DNA of 40,349 nt from Candidatus Doudnabacteria bacterium RIFCSPHIGHO2_02_FULL_46_11 (GCA_001779955.1 MFES01000001.1:1-40349), one strand, 5' to 3'; counted from the first letter of the stretch, positions 16,758-25,684 are shown. The notes: generated by a model from the letters alone, not told the origin. Translations and numbers: made by a program.

Positions 16758-18104
16758 ATGTTTAAAACGTCAAGAAAATCCGTAAAAACAAGGTTTGCCC
16801 CGTCGCCAACGGGTTTTTTGCACCTCGGCGGCTTGCGAACCGCGCTCTATGCCTATGTCTTTGCCAAACAGCACAAAGGCGAGTTCTTACTTCGCATAGA
16901 AGATACTGACCGGGCGCGATACGTGGCCGAGGCTGAAAAGAATATAAACGAGACCTTACAAACCTTTAATTTAGTGCCCGACCAGGAACCGGTGCGACAA
17001 TCCGACAGAATTGACGTTTATAAAAAATACGCCAATGAGCTTTTAGCTAAAAATTTAGCCTACGAAGATACAGGGGCCATCCGCTTTCGAATGCCAAAAA
17101 CCGGCACAACAAAGTTTAGCGACACTATCCGCGGCGAAATAGAAATAGAAAATAAAGACCAGGAAGATTTCGTCATTTTAAAGTCTGACGGCTACCCGAC
17201 ATACAATCTTGCCCACTTGATAGACGATTATGAAATGGGCATTACGCACGTCATTCGAGGCGAGGAGTTTATACCGTCTATGCCCAAGTATATCGCTCTT
17301 CATGAAGCGCTTGGTTGGCAGATCCCCGAATACGCTCATTTGCCATTGCTTTTGAACAAAAATCGCAGCAAACTATCGAAAAGGGAAGGCGACGTGGCGG
17401 TGGAAGATTACTTGAAAAAAGGTTATTTAAAAGAAGCAATATTGAACTTTGTGGCCCTTTTGGGCTGGCACCCGAGCCAATCAGAAAAAGAAATTTATAC
17501 GCTTCAAGAATTAATTCTAGAATTCAAGCTGGAGGACGTGCAAAAAGCCGGCGCAATTTTTGCCCTAGACAAGCTAAATTGGTTTCAGAAAGTTTGGATA
17601 ACTAAACTAAGCGATGAATCGAAAAATATAGCGAATCATCCGTTTTATCAAATAGTCAAGAGACACCTGCCCGAGGCTTCGGACAATTTTTTGGCCAGGC
17701 TGTGGCCACATTTAACCGAACGCCTGACTGCTCCCGAAAATTACGAAAAAGATTTGGATGAATTTAGCTTCTTTGTTAAGAAGCCGGATTTTGAAGCAAA
17801 ATTGTTGGTTTGGAAAAAATCGGACAAAGAAACGACCGGTGAAGTTTTGACAAAATTATTGGAATTTCTAAAACAACTACCCGATTATTTATGGGACAAG
17901 GAGGAACTCGAGAATAATGTCAAAAATTTTATTTCTGAAAATAATTGGGACAACGGCACCGTGCTTTGGCCGCTGCGCGTGGCACTTACCGGACGCGAAA
18001 AATCCATGGGTCCGTTTGAAATAATGGACATTTTAAATCAGACCGAGAATAGGGGAGTCGTTTTTGAAAGAATCGAAAAAGCCATAAGCATACTCACCCG
18101 GTAA
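16758..18104 (+). CDS. gltX: Glutamate--tRNA ligase
   Basis: 448 aa; RFAPSPTGFLHLGG (HIGH) and KLSKR (KMSKS). TATAAT at 16742-16747 lies 10 nt from the ATG. Confidence 0.9.
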   Translation: MFKTSRKSVKTRFAPSPTGFLHLGGLRTALYAYVFAKQHKGEFLLRIEDTDRARYVAEAEKNINETLQTFNLVPDQEPVRQSDRIDVYKKYANELLAKNLAYEDTGAIRFRMPKTGTTKFSDTIRGEIEIENKDQEDFVILKSDGYPTYNLAHLIDDYEMGITHVIRGEEFIPSMPKYIALHEALGWQIPEYAHLPLLLNKNRSKLSKREGDVAVEDYLKKGYLKEAILNFVALLGWHPSQSEKEIYTLQELILEFKLEDVQKAGAIFALDKLNWFQKVWITKLSDESKNIANHPFYQIVKRHLPEASDNFLARLWPHLTERLTAPENYEKDLDEFSFFVKKPDFEAKLLVWKKSDKETTGEVLTKLLEFLKQLPDYLWDKEELENNVKNFISENNWDNGTVLWPLRVALTGREKSMGPFEIMDILNQTENRGVVFERIEKAISILTR

Positions 18105-18162
18105 CTTTTCTGTCAGATATTATTTTACAATACGATGGGTATTGTGCTATAATATATAGACT

Positions 18163-19476
18163 ATGTTCGAGGCTACAAGGGTGAAAATAAGAAACAAAAA
18201 AACTAAATTGAGGCAAACCATTTTAAAATCGGCCTTAGTCGTTTTTTTGTCATTAGCCCTTGCTTTGGCAAACAATATACCTCTGCCGGATGCCGGTGCG
18301 GCCACAATTGAACAAGAACTTCAGGCCAAACAGCAACGGTTAAAAGAACTTGAAAACCAAATTAGTCAAACCACCAAAGATATAAACTCATTGGTTAAAC
18401 AGCAGAATACCTTACAGAACTCAATTAAAATTTTTACGGCGCAGATAAGCCAGGTTACCACCCAGATTGTCGTTACGGAAACTAAAATCGAAATCGCGGG
18501 CGATAAAATCACCGAGCTTAACGGGCAAATTCGCATCAAAGAAAATGAGGTGGAAAGAGTCAAACAAAACCTGGCCAACCTGATACGGGAACTCTACCAG
18601 ATGGATAGGTCAGACTCAACCATTATGGCCTTAATGAATAACGACAACCTTTCAGATTTCATTAACGCGGTTTCCCAAATAGAAAACGTACATGGCCGAA
18701 GCTATGAACTGCTCCAGGATATTAAGGAGCTAAAAGTACAGCTTGAAGACAACCGCGCGGAGGTGCAGGAGCAAAAAAAAGAGCTTGAGCAGTTTGAAAT
18801 CGCCCTTACGGACCAGAAAAATCTGCTTGATAACCAAGTAAAGGCAAAGAATGATTTATTGGTTAAAACCAAAAATCAGGAAAGTATCTACCAGGCATTG
18901 CTGGCGCAAAACAAGAACGAAGAGGATAAAATACAGCAGGAAATTCAAGATTTAGAGAATAAAATCCGGGTACAGCTTGGTGAGCGTACTTCACCGGGCA
19001 AAAAAGGTTTATTTAAAATTTGGCCGATGAACGGCACCTTGACCCAAGGCTACGGCAACACAGGTTTCCGTTCGCTTGGCTATTCGTTCCATAACGGTTT
19101 AGACATTGCCGCCGCAGCCGGCACGCCAATTTATAACGTTTACGACGGCACGGTTAACGGCACAGGTTCAAGCGATAAGGCTTACGGCAACTGGGCCACG
19201 GTCAGGTATGAATTGCCAAACGGCCGCTGCGTGGTAGCCCTTTATGCCCATATGCTTAAGCGGAGCGTAAGCGACGGCCAAAGCCTGAAGGGCGGAGCGG
19301 TGATCGGTACCGAGGGCAACACCGGCAATACCACACGTTTGCTTTACGGACCGCATCGCGGTTTTCACCTGCATTTTACCGTATTTGACTGTGAAGGATT
19401 CCAAATTGTAAAAAGCGTAAACGGAAACTACATGGTGCCAGTTGGGTATACCTATAACCCCAACGATTTCCTGTAA
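18163..19476 (+). CDS. M23 family metallopeptidase with long N-terminal coiled coil
   Basis: 437 aa; signal/TM, Q/E/K-rich coiled coil, then HNGLDIAAAAGTPIYNVYDGTV...ALYAHM...GNTG. TTACAA-N17-TATAAT (18125-18153) lies 9 nt from the ATG. Confidence 0.85.
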   Translation: MFEATRVKIRNKKTKLRQTILKSALVVFLSLALALANNIPLPDAGAATIEQELQAKQQRLKELENQISQTTKDINSLVKQQNTLQNSIKIFTAQISQVTTQIVVTETKIEIAGDKITELNGQIRIKENEVERVKQNLANLIRELYQMDRSDSTIMALMNNDNLSDFINAVSQIENVHGRSYELLQDIKELKVQLEDNRAEVQEQKKELEQFEIALTDQKNLLDNQVKAKNDLLVKTKNQESIYQALLAQNKNEEDKIQQEIQDLENKIRVQLGERTSPGKKGLFKIWPMNGTLTQGYGNTGFRSLGYSFHNGLDIAAAAGTPIYNVYDGTVNGTGSSDKAYGNWATVRYELPNGRCVVALYAHMLKRSVSDGQSLKGGAVIGTEGNTGNTTRLLYGPHRGFHLHFTVFDCEGFQIVKSVNGNYMVPVGYTYNPNDFL

Positions 19477-21419
19477 ACCCCTCCCCGCGGCAAGACCGCG
19501 GGGCATTCGCGCGAGGCGTTGTAAATTTTATAGTACCTTGCAAAAACATAATAAGTGCGCCCCGTCATCAGGGCGCACTCATTCTTTATGCGTTCAGAAG
19601 CCTCCTTCAACCCAAGTAAAACTACTACTCGAATTTTACGCCCTTCTCCCCGGAGCAAATGCGGCGGATAAGCGCCGCAAAAACGAGGCAGTTGCACTGC
19701 ACGATCGAGAAGTTCAGCAGGCCTGGCACTCACTTCGAGGTAAAACCCGATCAGCCTGTTCAAGGCCGAAAGCAGCTCATCGCCGGCAATGTCCCGAGCA
19801 GCCTCTGCTGGCCGTTCCTCGCCCGACCTGGCCTCCCCAAGCAGTTCAGGGGGCTCTGGATTATGCGGGTGCATGGGCCCGCGGGGTCGAGTGGCTGTTA
19901 TGGCCGGCCGCCATGACTTTTGCTCAGGGGTCAGCAGGCCATTGAAGCGGAAGACCCGCAAAATGAATGACTTCAAGGACCCCGTAAACTCCTCACCAAA
20001 CACCTGACTCGCTTCAACATACAGCGCGCGTCGGTCCACCGGCGGGCTTCCTGACTCGAGACGCTCCTTGACCCACCTGCGCAGCCTCTCATCTCCCGTC
20101 TGTGCGTCTGTCGTCTGTTGTCTGTCGGCCCTAGGGGCTTGTCGCGGAGCCGGAGCAGGATGCCACTTGCGCTGCTCGGATGTGAGTAAATCGTTACCCG
20201 CGAATGCCCGATAGACGAACGAAGGGAAGCTGCCTACGGAATCAGTACCGTAAACATGCAGGGCTTCCGCGTAAAGATCCTTGCGACTCGCGGGTGGATC
20301 AGCTGATTCCAGTCGGTTTTTGACCCAAAGCTGCAAGAGGCTGACCTCGGCGGTCCGCCACGTAGTTTGTATTGAACCGACCCATGCCCTCTGTTCAGGC
20401 GTGAGTAGCTCATTATGAACGAAACAGTACTGGCTGAAGGACGCAAAGTTCGCCGCATATTCCGGGAACTTAGCTTGCGCCTCGATGTACAGCGCCCTTC
20501 GGTTCGCCGGCGGTATATCTGACTCGAGACGCTCCTTGACCCATGGCCTTAGCTCGCCCCTTGAGCCGGACAGATCGATGTCTCGGGACACGACAGGCGT
20601 CACAGCCTGCCGCGTTTCTGCGGGTTCTGGACATTCACGCGGGACGTCTTCTGATACAGGGGCGATATGTGCCTCGCTCGGCCGTGCATCGGCAGCATTG
20701 CCATTCTGCGACTGTAATACCGAACCCGCAATAAACTCCTGCATGGCCTGAAGGACAGCTGGCGAAGAATGACCATGGAGGTTGAGGCCGCGCGCACCGG
20801 CCAAATACAGCATAGGCCCGTAGTGGCTATCCCAAGCCTGCCAAGCCCTGGAACGCGTCCTTTGAGGGGATTCCCCCCGATGATCGTCAGCATGGCGCTG
20901 GAGTTCGAGAAACTCCACGAGGAACTCAAGCGGGACCATGTCATCGCCAGATTCTCGGCTAGCAATACTTCTCACGGCCGCCAAAAGATCGCGGATTTCC
21001 TTACTGATGAGGTGGACTTCAACGGTCAGACCTTGCGGATTTCCAGCTCGGCCGCCAAACCGCACCATATGGCTGATGCGGCCATCCGGCAAATCGCCCA
21101 GAGCTTCGCCGACGCTATCGTCTGCGGGGCCCACCGTTTCGCGCGGAATGACGATTACCCCCGAATGGCTAGCATTTGGCTTGACTACCCACACTGAGAA
21201 TTTGCCCTCATCGAGCGAAAAGGCCTTGTATTTCCGAGGAAAAATGCTGCCATGCTGAATGACCAAGCCGCCTGTCTCGAGAGCCAGCCAGTCCAGACAG
21301 CCAGGCAGGCCCAGGTGAGGGAAACGATCCTGCAGCTTCTCTACGTATAGCCGCAAATCGCAGTTGAACACCGCGGCCAAATAAGCCGCGACTCCTTGTT
21401 TGTAATTGCTCTGCTTCAT
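19452..21419 (-). CDS. Island E: 655-aa hypothetical protein with three tandem ~57-aa repeat modules
   Basis: Uninterrupted GC-rich ORF; ATG 21419 preceded by TGAGGTG (the track starts at TTG 21431). Repeats at aa 294-350, 365-423 and 450-507 of the track numbering. No family recognised. Confidence 0.7.
   Translation of the reverse strand: MKQSNYKQGVAAYLAAVFNCDLRLYVEKLQDRFPHLGLPGCLDWLALETGGLVIQHGSIFPRKYKAFSLDEGKFSVWVVKPNASHSGVIVIPRETVGPADDSVGEALGDLPDGRISHMVRFGGRAGNPQGLTVEVHLISKEIRDLLAAVRSIASRESGDDMVPLEFLVEFLELQRHADDHRGESPQRTRSRAWQAWDSHYGPMLYLAGARGLNLHGHSSPAVLQAMQEFIAGSVLQSQNGNAADARPSEAHIAPVSEDVPRECPEPAETRQAVTPVVSRDIDLSGSRGELRPWVKERLESDIPPANRRALYIEAQAKFPEYAANFASFSQYCFVHNELLTPEQRAWVGSIQTTWRTAEVSLLQLWVKNRLESADPPASRKDLYAEALHVYGTDSVGSFPSFVYRAFAGNDLLTSEQRKWHPAPAPRQAPRADRQQTTDAQTGDERLRRWVKERLESGSPPVDRRALYVEASQVFGEEFTGSLKSFILRVFRFNGLLTPEQKSWRPAITATRPRGPMHPHNPEPPELLGEARSGEERPAEAARDIAGDELLSALNRLIGFYLEVSARPAELLDRAVQLPRFCGAYPPHLLRGEGRKIRVVVLLGLKEASERIKNECALMTGRTYYVFARYYKIYNASRECPAVLPRGGVYRKSLGL
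19476..19516. repeat. Left copy of a 41-bp inverted repeat (partner at 25685-25725)
   Basis: AACCCCTCCCCGCGGCAAGACCGCGGGGCATTCGCGCGAGG; 40 of 41 identical to the reverse complement of the partner. Contains the hairpin CCCCGCGG-CAAGA-CCGCGGGG and starts on the last base of the M23 stop codon. Confidence 0.85.
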
Positions 21420-21558
21420 TTGGCACCTCAACTTATGGGGGAAAAGTAGGGATATTCAATTGGAAAGGAACTGCTTGCAGGTAGTATATCCAAACCTTCT
21501 GGAATGAGAAAGAGAAGTTCAATATAACGATAATGCAGGACCCAAGGCGGTTTTTAGT

Positions 21559-21587
21559 TTGACATTTTTTTTATTAATATGTATAAT
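21559..21587 (+). promoter_or_regulatory. Consensus sigma70 promoter for island F (TTGACA-N17-TATAAT)
   Basis: Exact hexamers at 21559-21564 and 21582-21587; SD AAGGAGG at 21606-21612; ATG at 21617. Confidence 0.7.
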
Positions 21588-21616
21588 GAATTTCTACCCA
21601 ACGGCAAGGAGGCCGA

Positions 21617-21952
21617 ATGGAAGAACGCAACATCGCCAGTTTCGACACTTACGCGAAGGTGATCAATGCCGACGGCAGCCTTCGTGTCGCGACCAAGCGC
21701 CATCTGATCCGCCGGGCCAGGACGATCGCCCAAGCCAGCGGCGGCACCCTCACATCAGTGCAAATGCTGCGGGTCTGCGGGGACACCGAGGAGGGACGTG
21801 AGCGTGTCACCCAGGTCTTGGCTCAGGCTGTTCTGAATGAGGCCGGGAGCCACACCATGGCCGAGGATTTCACCGGTTACGGGACGCTGGTCGGAAGCAC
21901 GAGGTCGAGACAGAAAACCGGCCACCGTCAGCGACGGAACATGGGCGCGTAG
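21617..21952 (+). CDS. Island F: hypothetical 111-aa protein, divergent partner of island E
   Basis: GC-rich ORF with consensus promoter, SD and terminator; basic C-terminal tail RSRQKTGHRQRRN. No family recognised. Confidence 0.6.
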   Translation: MEERNIASFDTYAKVINADGSLRVATKRHLIRRARTIAQASGGTLTSVQMLRVCGDTEEGRERVTQVLAQAVLNEAGSHTMAEDFTGYGTLVGSTRSRQKTGHRQRRNMGA

Positions 21953-22010
21953 CCCTAACAGGCGAGTGCGGCTGACCGCTAAACGCGGGACAGAGCGCGC
22001 GTCTGCATGA

Positions 22011-22056
22011 AAACGACCCGGTTGAACACCACGCCGGGTCGTTTCGTATTTCTTTT
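22011..22056 (+). terminator. Intrinsic terminator of island F
   Basis: AAACGACCCGG-N12-CCGGGTCGTTT followed by CGTATTTCTTTT. Confidence 0.75.
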
Positions 22057-22195
22057 CTCGTTCAGCAGGGGAATATGCGACGATTGAATTTACACTTGTC
22101 ATCTACTCACCCTAAACACTTTATTCACTACCCTTCCTAACTTATCCACTATCTTCGCGATATCCGCTTATTTTTTGCTCTAAAAAATATGTTTA

Positions 22196-23158
22196 TTAAC
22201 TTTTCATATCGCGTCCGCCATGAAATTTTTCATGAACATCGCGCAGGCGCTTGTTGGTAATATGGGTATAGACTTGTGTAGTAGCCACGTTCTTGTGTCC
22301 CAATAATTCCTGTATGCTCCGCAAATCAGCGCCATGGGCGAGTAAATCAGTGGCATAAGAATGGCGGAAAGTATGAGGCGTCACTTTTTTAGAAAGCCCG
22401 GCCAGCCTGGCGCATTTGGATACCATAACCTGAATTGAGCGGGCGGATAATCTGTTCTCGTCATCTTTTGATTTTAAGCTAATAAACAAAGCTTTGGCCA
22501 AACTATAATGGCGCGCCGCTAAATATCGACGAAGCCATTGGGCCGCCCGGGGCGAGATAAAAATCGTTCGTACTTGTCTGCCCTTGCCAACAATGGAAAG
22601 CTCGTAAGTTTTATCGGTTTTTTTGTCGCTCAACATTGACATCTGATCAACATTTAATGACACCAGTTCCGAAATACGCAAGCCTGACGAAAAAAATAAT
22701 TCCAAAATGGCGCGATCCCGCAATCCTTTAAATGTATCAGTATCAAAGATGCTTAACATTTTTTCCACATCACTGGCTTCCAAAAAAGAAATATTATCGT
22801 CAGACTTTTGTTTAGCCAACTTTACCTTGGAAGAGGGAAGTGAGTCTATATCCCTGTCCGCAAAGTAATTCAGTAAGGCGCGCAAGGCTATCAAGTAGTA
22901 GTTTTGTGATTTTTTACTTAAAAAGCCACCTTTGGGATTTTGATACTTGCGCGCAATATATAAGCGATAGTCCCAAAGATGCTTAGTGGTAAATTCATGC
23001 GGAAATAATTTTTCCTGACCCACGATTTTTAACCAGCCCGTAAAAAGGCGAAGGTACTGATTATAGTTTCTCTGCGTATTATTAGACAAACCTTTCTCAA
23101 CTTCACAGTAATCAAGAAAGGGGAGAATATGCTCTGAAATAGGAATACCGTTCTTCAT
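22196..23158 (-). CDS. Tyrosine site-specific recombinase, XerC/XerD-like
   Basis: 320 aa; N-terminal SAM-like core-binding domain, catalytic region RDRAILELFFSSGLRISE, HTFRHSYATDLL, LLGHKNVATTQVYTH. Backbone-like AT-rich composition. Confidence 0.85.
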   Translation of the reverse strand: MKNGIPISEHILPFLDYCEVEKGLSNNTQRNYNQYLRLFTGWLKIVGQEKLFPHEFTTKHLWDYRLYIARKYQNPKGGFLSKKSQNYYLIALRALLNYFADRDIDSLPSSKVKLAKQKSDDNISFLEASDVEKMLSIFDTDTFKGLRDRAILELFFSSGLRISELVSLNVDQMSMLSDKKTDKTYELSIVGKGRQVRTIFISPRAAQWLRRYLAARHYSLAKALFISLKSKDDENRLSARSIQVMVSKCARLAGLSKKVTPHTFRHSYATDLLAHGADLRSIQELLGHKNVATTQVYTHITNKRLRDVHEKFHGGRDMKS

Positions 23159-23437
23159 ATCACTAGTTTACATGGATTAGTAGCTTCGCACAATATATGT
23201 AAAACGAATGAATGTGGATATCCTGATATCTCTGGCCAGCCAATAAATCACTCCGGTCTAAATACTTTCCATGCCGTCGGTCCAAACTACAATGTAGCTG
23301 CAGCAATGACGAATCATGGGCTGTATATATACAAAGGGTACGGAAATGACCTCAAGATATACCTCTTAAACAAGAATACAAATCAGATAAGCATTTGCTA
23401 TTACTTATGTTTGCGCATCTCCTTCTACAAACCGTAG
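23138..23437 (+). pseudogene. Start-less 100-codon open frame (possible gene remnant or unannotated small gene)
   Basis: Own codon-by-codon reading: open from stop TGA at 23135 to TAG at 23435 in AT-rich DNA, ..NECGYPDISGQPINHSGLNTFHAVGPNYNVAAAMTNHGLYIYKGYGNDLKIYLLNK... The only ATG/GTG/TTG is at 23306. Confidence 0.3.
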
Positions 23438-23708
23438 AACCGGGCGCGGTCAAGTGAATTAAAAGACGTAAATAAATTTAAAGAAGCGCCAAAAACAATA
23501 AGCGGGTAATTACATTATTTTAATATAAAAGGAGAGTGTGAGAACGCAGCAAACTTTGTACGACAATAATGCACAAGGCAAAGAATAGAATTAAAGGCTT
23601 GGTGTAGGAAAAGAGCTCTTCTCCGAGGTCTTCTCTGGCAATCCCCATTTGACAATTATCCACAGTTGTGATTTTTGGTTTCAGGGATGTTTCCGTTGGT
23701 GCCGCTAT

Positions 23709-24851
23709 TTATCCGCCGCGTAATTTATTAATTTCATTTTTTACTATTGATGCCGCCTCTGCTACTTCCCTATCCTCCGTATCAATACCCAAACTCAAAC
23801 GCAAAGATCCTGAATATTTTTTTATATCAATGCCAAGCGCTTCTAAAACTGGCGAAACCTTAACGGCGCCGGTGCTGCAAGCGCTTCCCGGCGACGAAGC
23901 AAGGCCAGCCCTGTCTAAAGCGATATTTAGTATCTGTGGGTCTATCCCTTCGAACGAAAAATGAGCAATATGTGGAACGGACGATGATGATTGACTGTTT
24001 AGAATGACGCCAGGAACGCTGGCTTGTATTTTTTTGAGCAAATCGTTGCGCAGTTTCCTAACTTTTTCTCTAGGCCAATCTTTGGACAGTTTAAGAGCCT
24101 TGGCCAGCCCAGCGATAAGAATTGTGCTTTCAGTACCCGCCCGTTTCCCCCATTCTTGAAAACCCACGAACTGCGGACTCAAATTAGCTCTGGAATTTAC
24201 GTATAAAAAACCAACGCCTTTCGGCCCATAAAGCTTATAACCACTGCCTGTAATTAAGTCGGCATTAAGCTCGCCGACATTAACATCAAGCCATCCCAGA
24301 CCTTGGGCGGCGTCTGTATGAAACAGTGTTTTTGGATTCTTGGCTTTAACCACTCCTGCCAGCTCGGCAATATTTTGCACCGTGCCGGTCTCATGATTAG
24401 CATAAATAATAGAAACCAGGGCTGTATTTTCTTTTATCGAATTTTCCAGACTAGCAACATTTACCAGCCCGTCTTTACCGACCTCTACCCAACTCACCTC
24501 AAGGCCCATACTTTCTAAAAACCTAGCTTGCTCGTAAATACTGGGATGTTCTATCTTCGATATAACCAAATGGGGCTTCTGACCCTTAATACGAAGGTAT
24601 TCAAGCACTCCGCGCAAGGCCAAAAAATTAGATTCAGTGGCGCCACTAGTGAAAATTATTTCGTCGGTATTGGCGCCTATCGATTGTGCAATTGATAAAC
24701 GGGCATTATCGATGATTGCCCGAGCCGCTCTCCCCTCTTTGTGTAGTGAGGAAGCGTTGGCCCAAAATTTTTCCGCGCGCATCATTTCTTTTTTTACTTC
24801 CGGATGAAGGGGCGCGGCCGCGGCATAATCTAAATAAATCCGTTCGTTCAT
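23709..24851 (-). CDS. Cysteine desulfurase (class V aminotransferase, NifS/IscS-like)
   Basis: 380 aa; IYLDYAA, FTSGATESN, HTDAAQ, SGYKLYGPKG (PLP lysine) and active-site SPGSACS. Confidence 0.85.
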   Translation of the reverse strand: MNERIYLDYAAAAPLHPEVKKEMMRAEKFWANASSLHKEGRAARAIIDNARLSIAQSIGANTDEIIFTSGATESNFLALRGVLEYLRIKGQKPHLVISKIEHPSIYEQARFLESMGLEVSWVEVGKDGLVNVASLENSIKENTALVSIIYANHETGTVQNIAELAGVVKAKNPKTLFHTDAAQGLGWLDVNVGELNADLITGSGYKLYGPKGVGFLYVNSRANLSPQFVGFQEWGKRAGTESTILIAGLAKALKLSKDWPREKVRKLRNDLLKKIQASVPGVILNSQSSSSVPHIAHFSFEGIDPQILNIALDRAGLASSPGSACSTGAVKVSPVLEALGIDIKKYSGSLRLSLGIDTEDREVAEAASIVKNEINKLRGG

Positions 24852-24858
24852 AGTGGGG

Positions 24859-25674
24859 TCAGTTTAATTCGCACTCCAATTTAAGAGCATTTAAATCTTC
24901 GTGCGTGATGACGAGATTGCCGGTTTCCTGCTCTTTCATAAGATAGTACATGACGGATTTTGGATTTTCAACATGCTCCAAGTTCAGGGCATGGCCGAAC
25001 TCGTGGGCCAGGACCAACCTTAAATCCGACAACTCTTCAAACTGGTAAATGTTAATTTCCTGACCATCATACTGTCCCTGGTCAAAAATGCGCGCCACAT
25101 TGAATTTTTGATTGTAGGTGGACACAGTCAAATTGTGCCTTTCCACCAATTCATTCAGTCGGTCTGCCAAAGCCCTAAGTTTATTAGCCATTATCGCAAG
25201 TTCTATTTGCTCATCCCTCAAGCGATTGTAATCCTCGCGTGGCGCCCCTCCCCTACTATTCCAATACCCAACCTCTGCTTCATGGCGCAACAGCCTCGCT
25301 TCGTATTGGTCATTCAGAGTGGTGTACTCAAGCTCCAGGGCGCTGTAAGAAGAGTCGCTGACAGTTATCTTTTCGCGGAGCTTTTTTTCTTCCACAGTAC
25401 GCTGTTGACGCTCGTCATAAATTAAATTTATTTTAAAAGCTGCCTGAGGGTCATAGCTAAAAAGCTGACGCGCGATCGGTTCTTCCCAAACTTCTTCCGT
25501 TTCCAACAGCAGTCCTTTAAATTTGTCCAAACTTACGCCAAAGCGCTCGTCAAACTCGCCGATTGAATAATAAAGCGGCTCGTCGCAGCGAGTTTTTTGG
25601 AATTGCATAAGGCTAGCCGTGGCCGCCAAAGCTATAACCAGAATTATCAGGATGGGTTTGATAAATCGAAACAT
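24859..25674 (-). CDS. Membrane-anchored zinc metalloprotease (matrixin/M10-like HExxHxxxxxH)
   Basis: Start moved to ATG 25674 (MFRFIKPILIILVIALAA), because the track extension is translated from the 41-bp repeat. HEFGHALNLEH zinc motif. Confidence 0.7.
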   Translation of the reverse strand: MFRFIKPILIILVIALAATASLMQFQKTRCDEPLYYSIGEFDERFGVSLDKFKGLLLETEEVWEEPIARQLFSYDPQAAFKINLIYDERQQRTVEEKKLREKITVSDSSYSALELEYTTLNDQYEARLLRHEAEVGYWNSRGGAPREDYNRLRDEQIELAIMANKLRALADRLNELVERHNLTVSTYNQKFNVARIFDQGQYDGQEINIYQFEELSDLRLVLAHEFGHALNLEHVENPKSVMYYLMKEQETGNLVITHEDLNALKLECELN

Positions 25675-25684
25675 ACTTACAATA

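Noticed and set aside
23538-23588. 16-codon mini-ORF (GTG start, MRTQQTLYDNNAQGKE) with an AAAGGAGAG SD in the large spacer
   Set aside because: It is too short to support from sequence alone, and such SD-plus-start combinations occur by chance in purine-rich AT DNA. It is mentioned only within the spacer finding.
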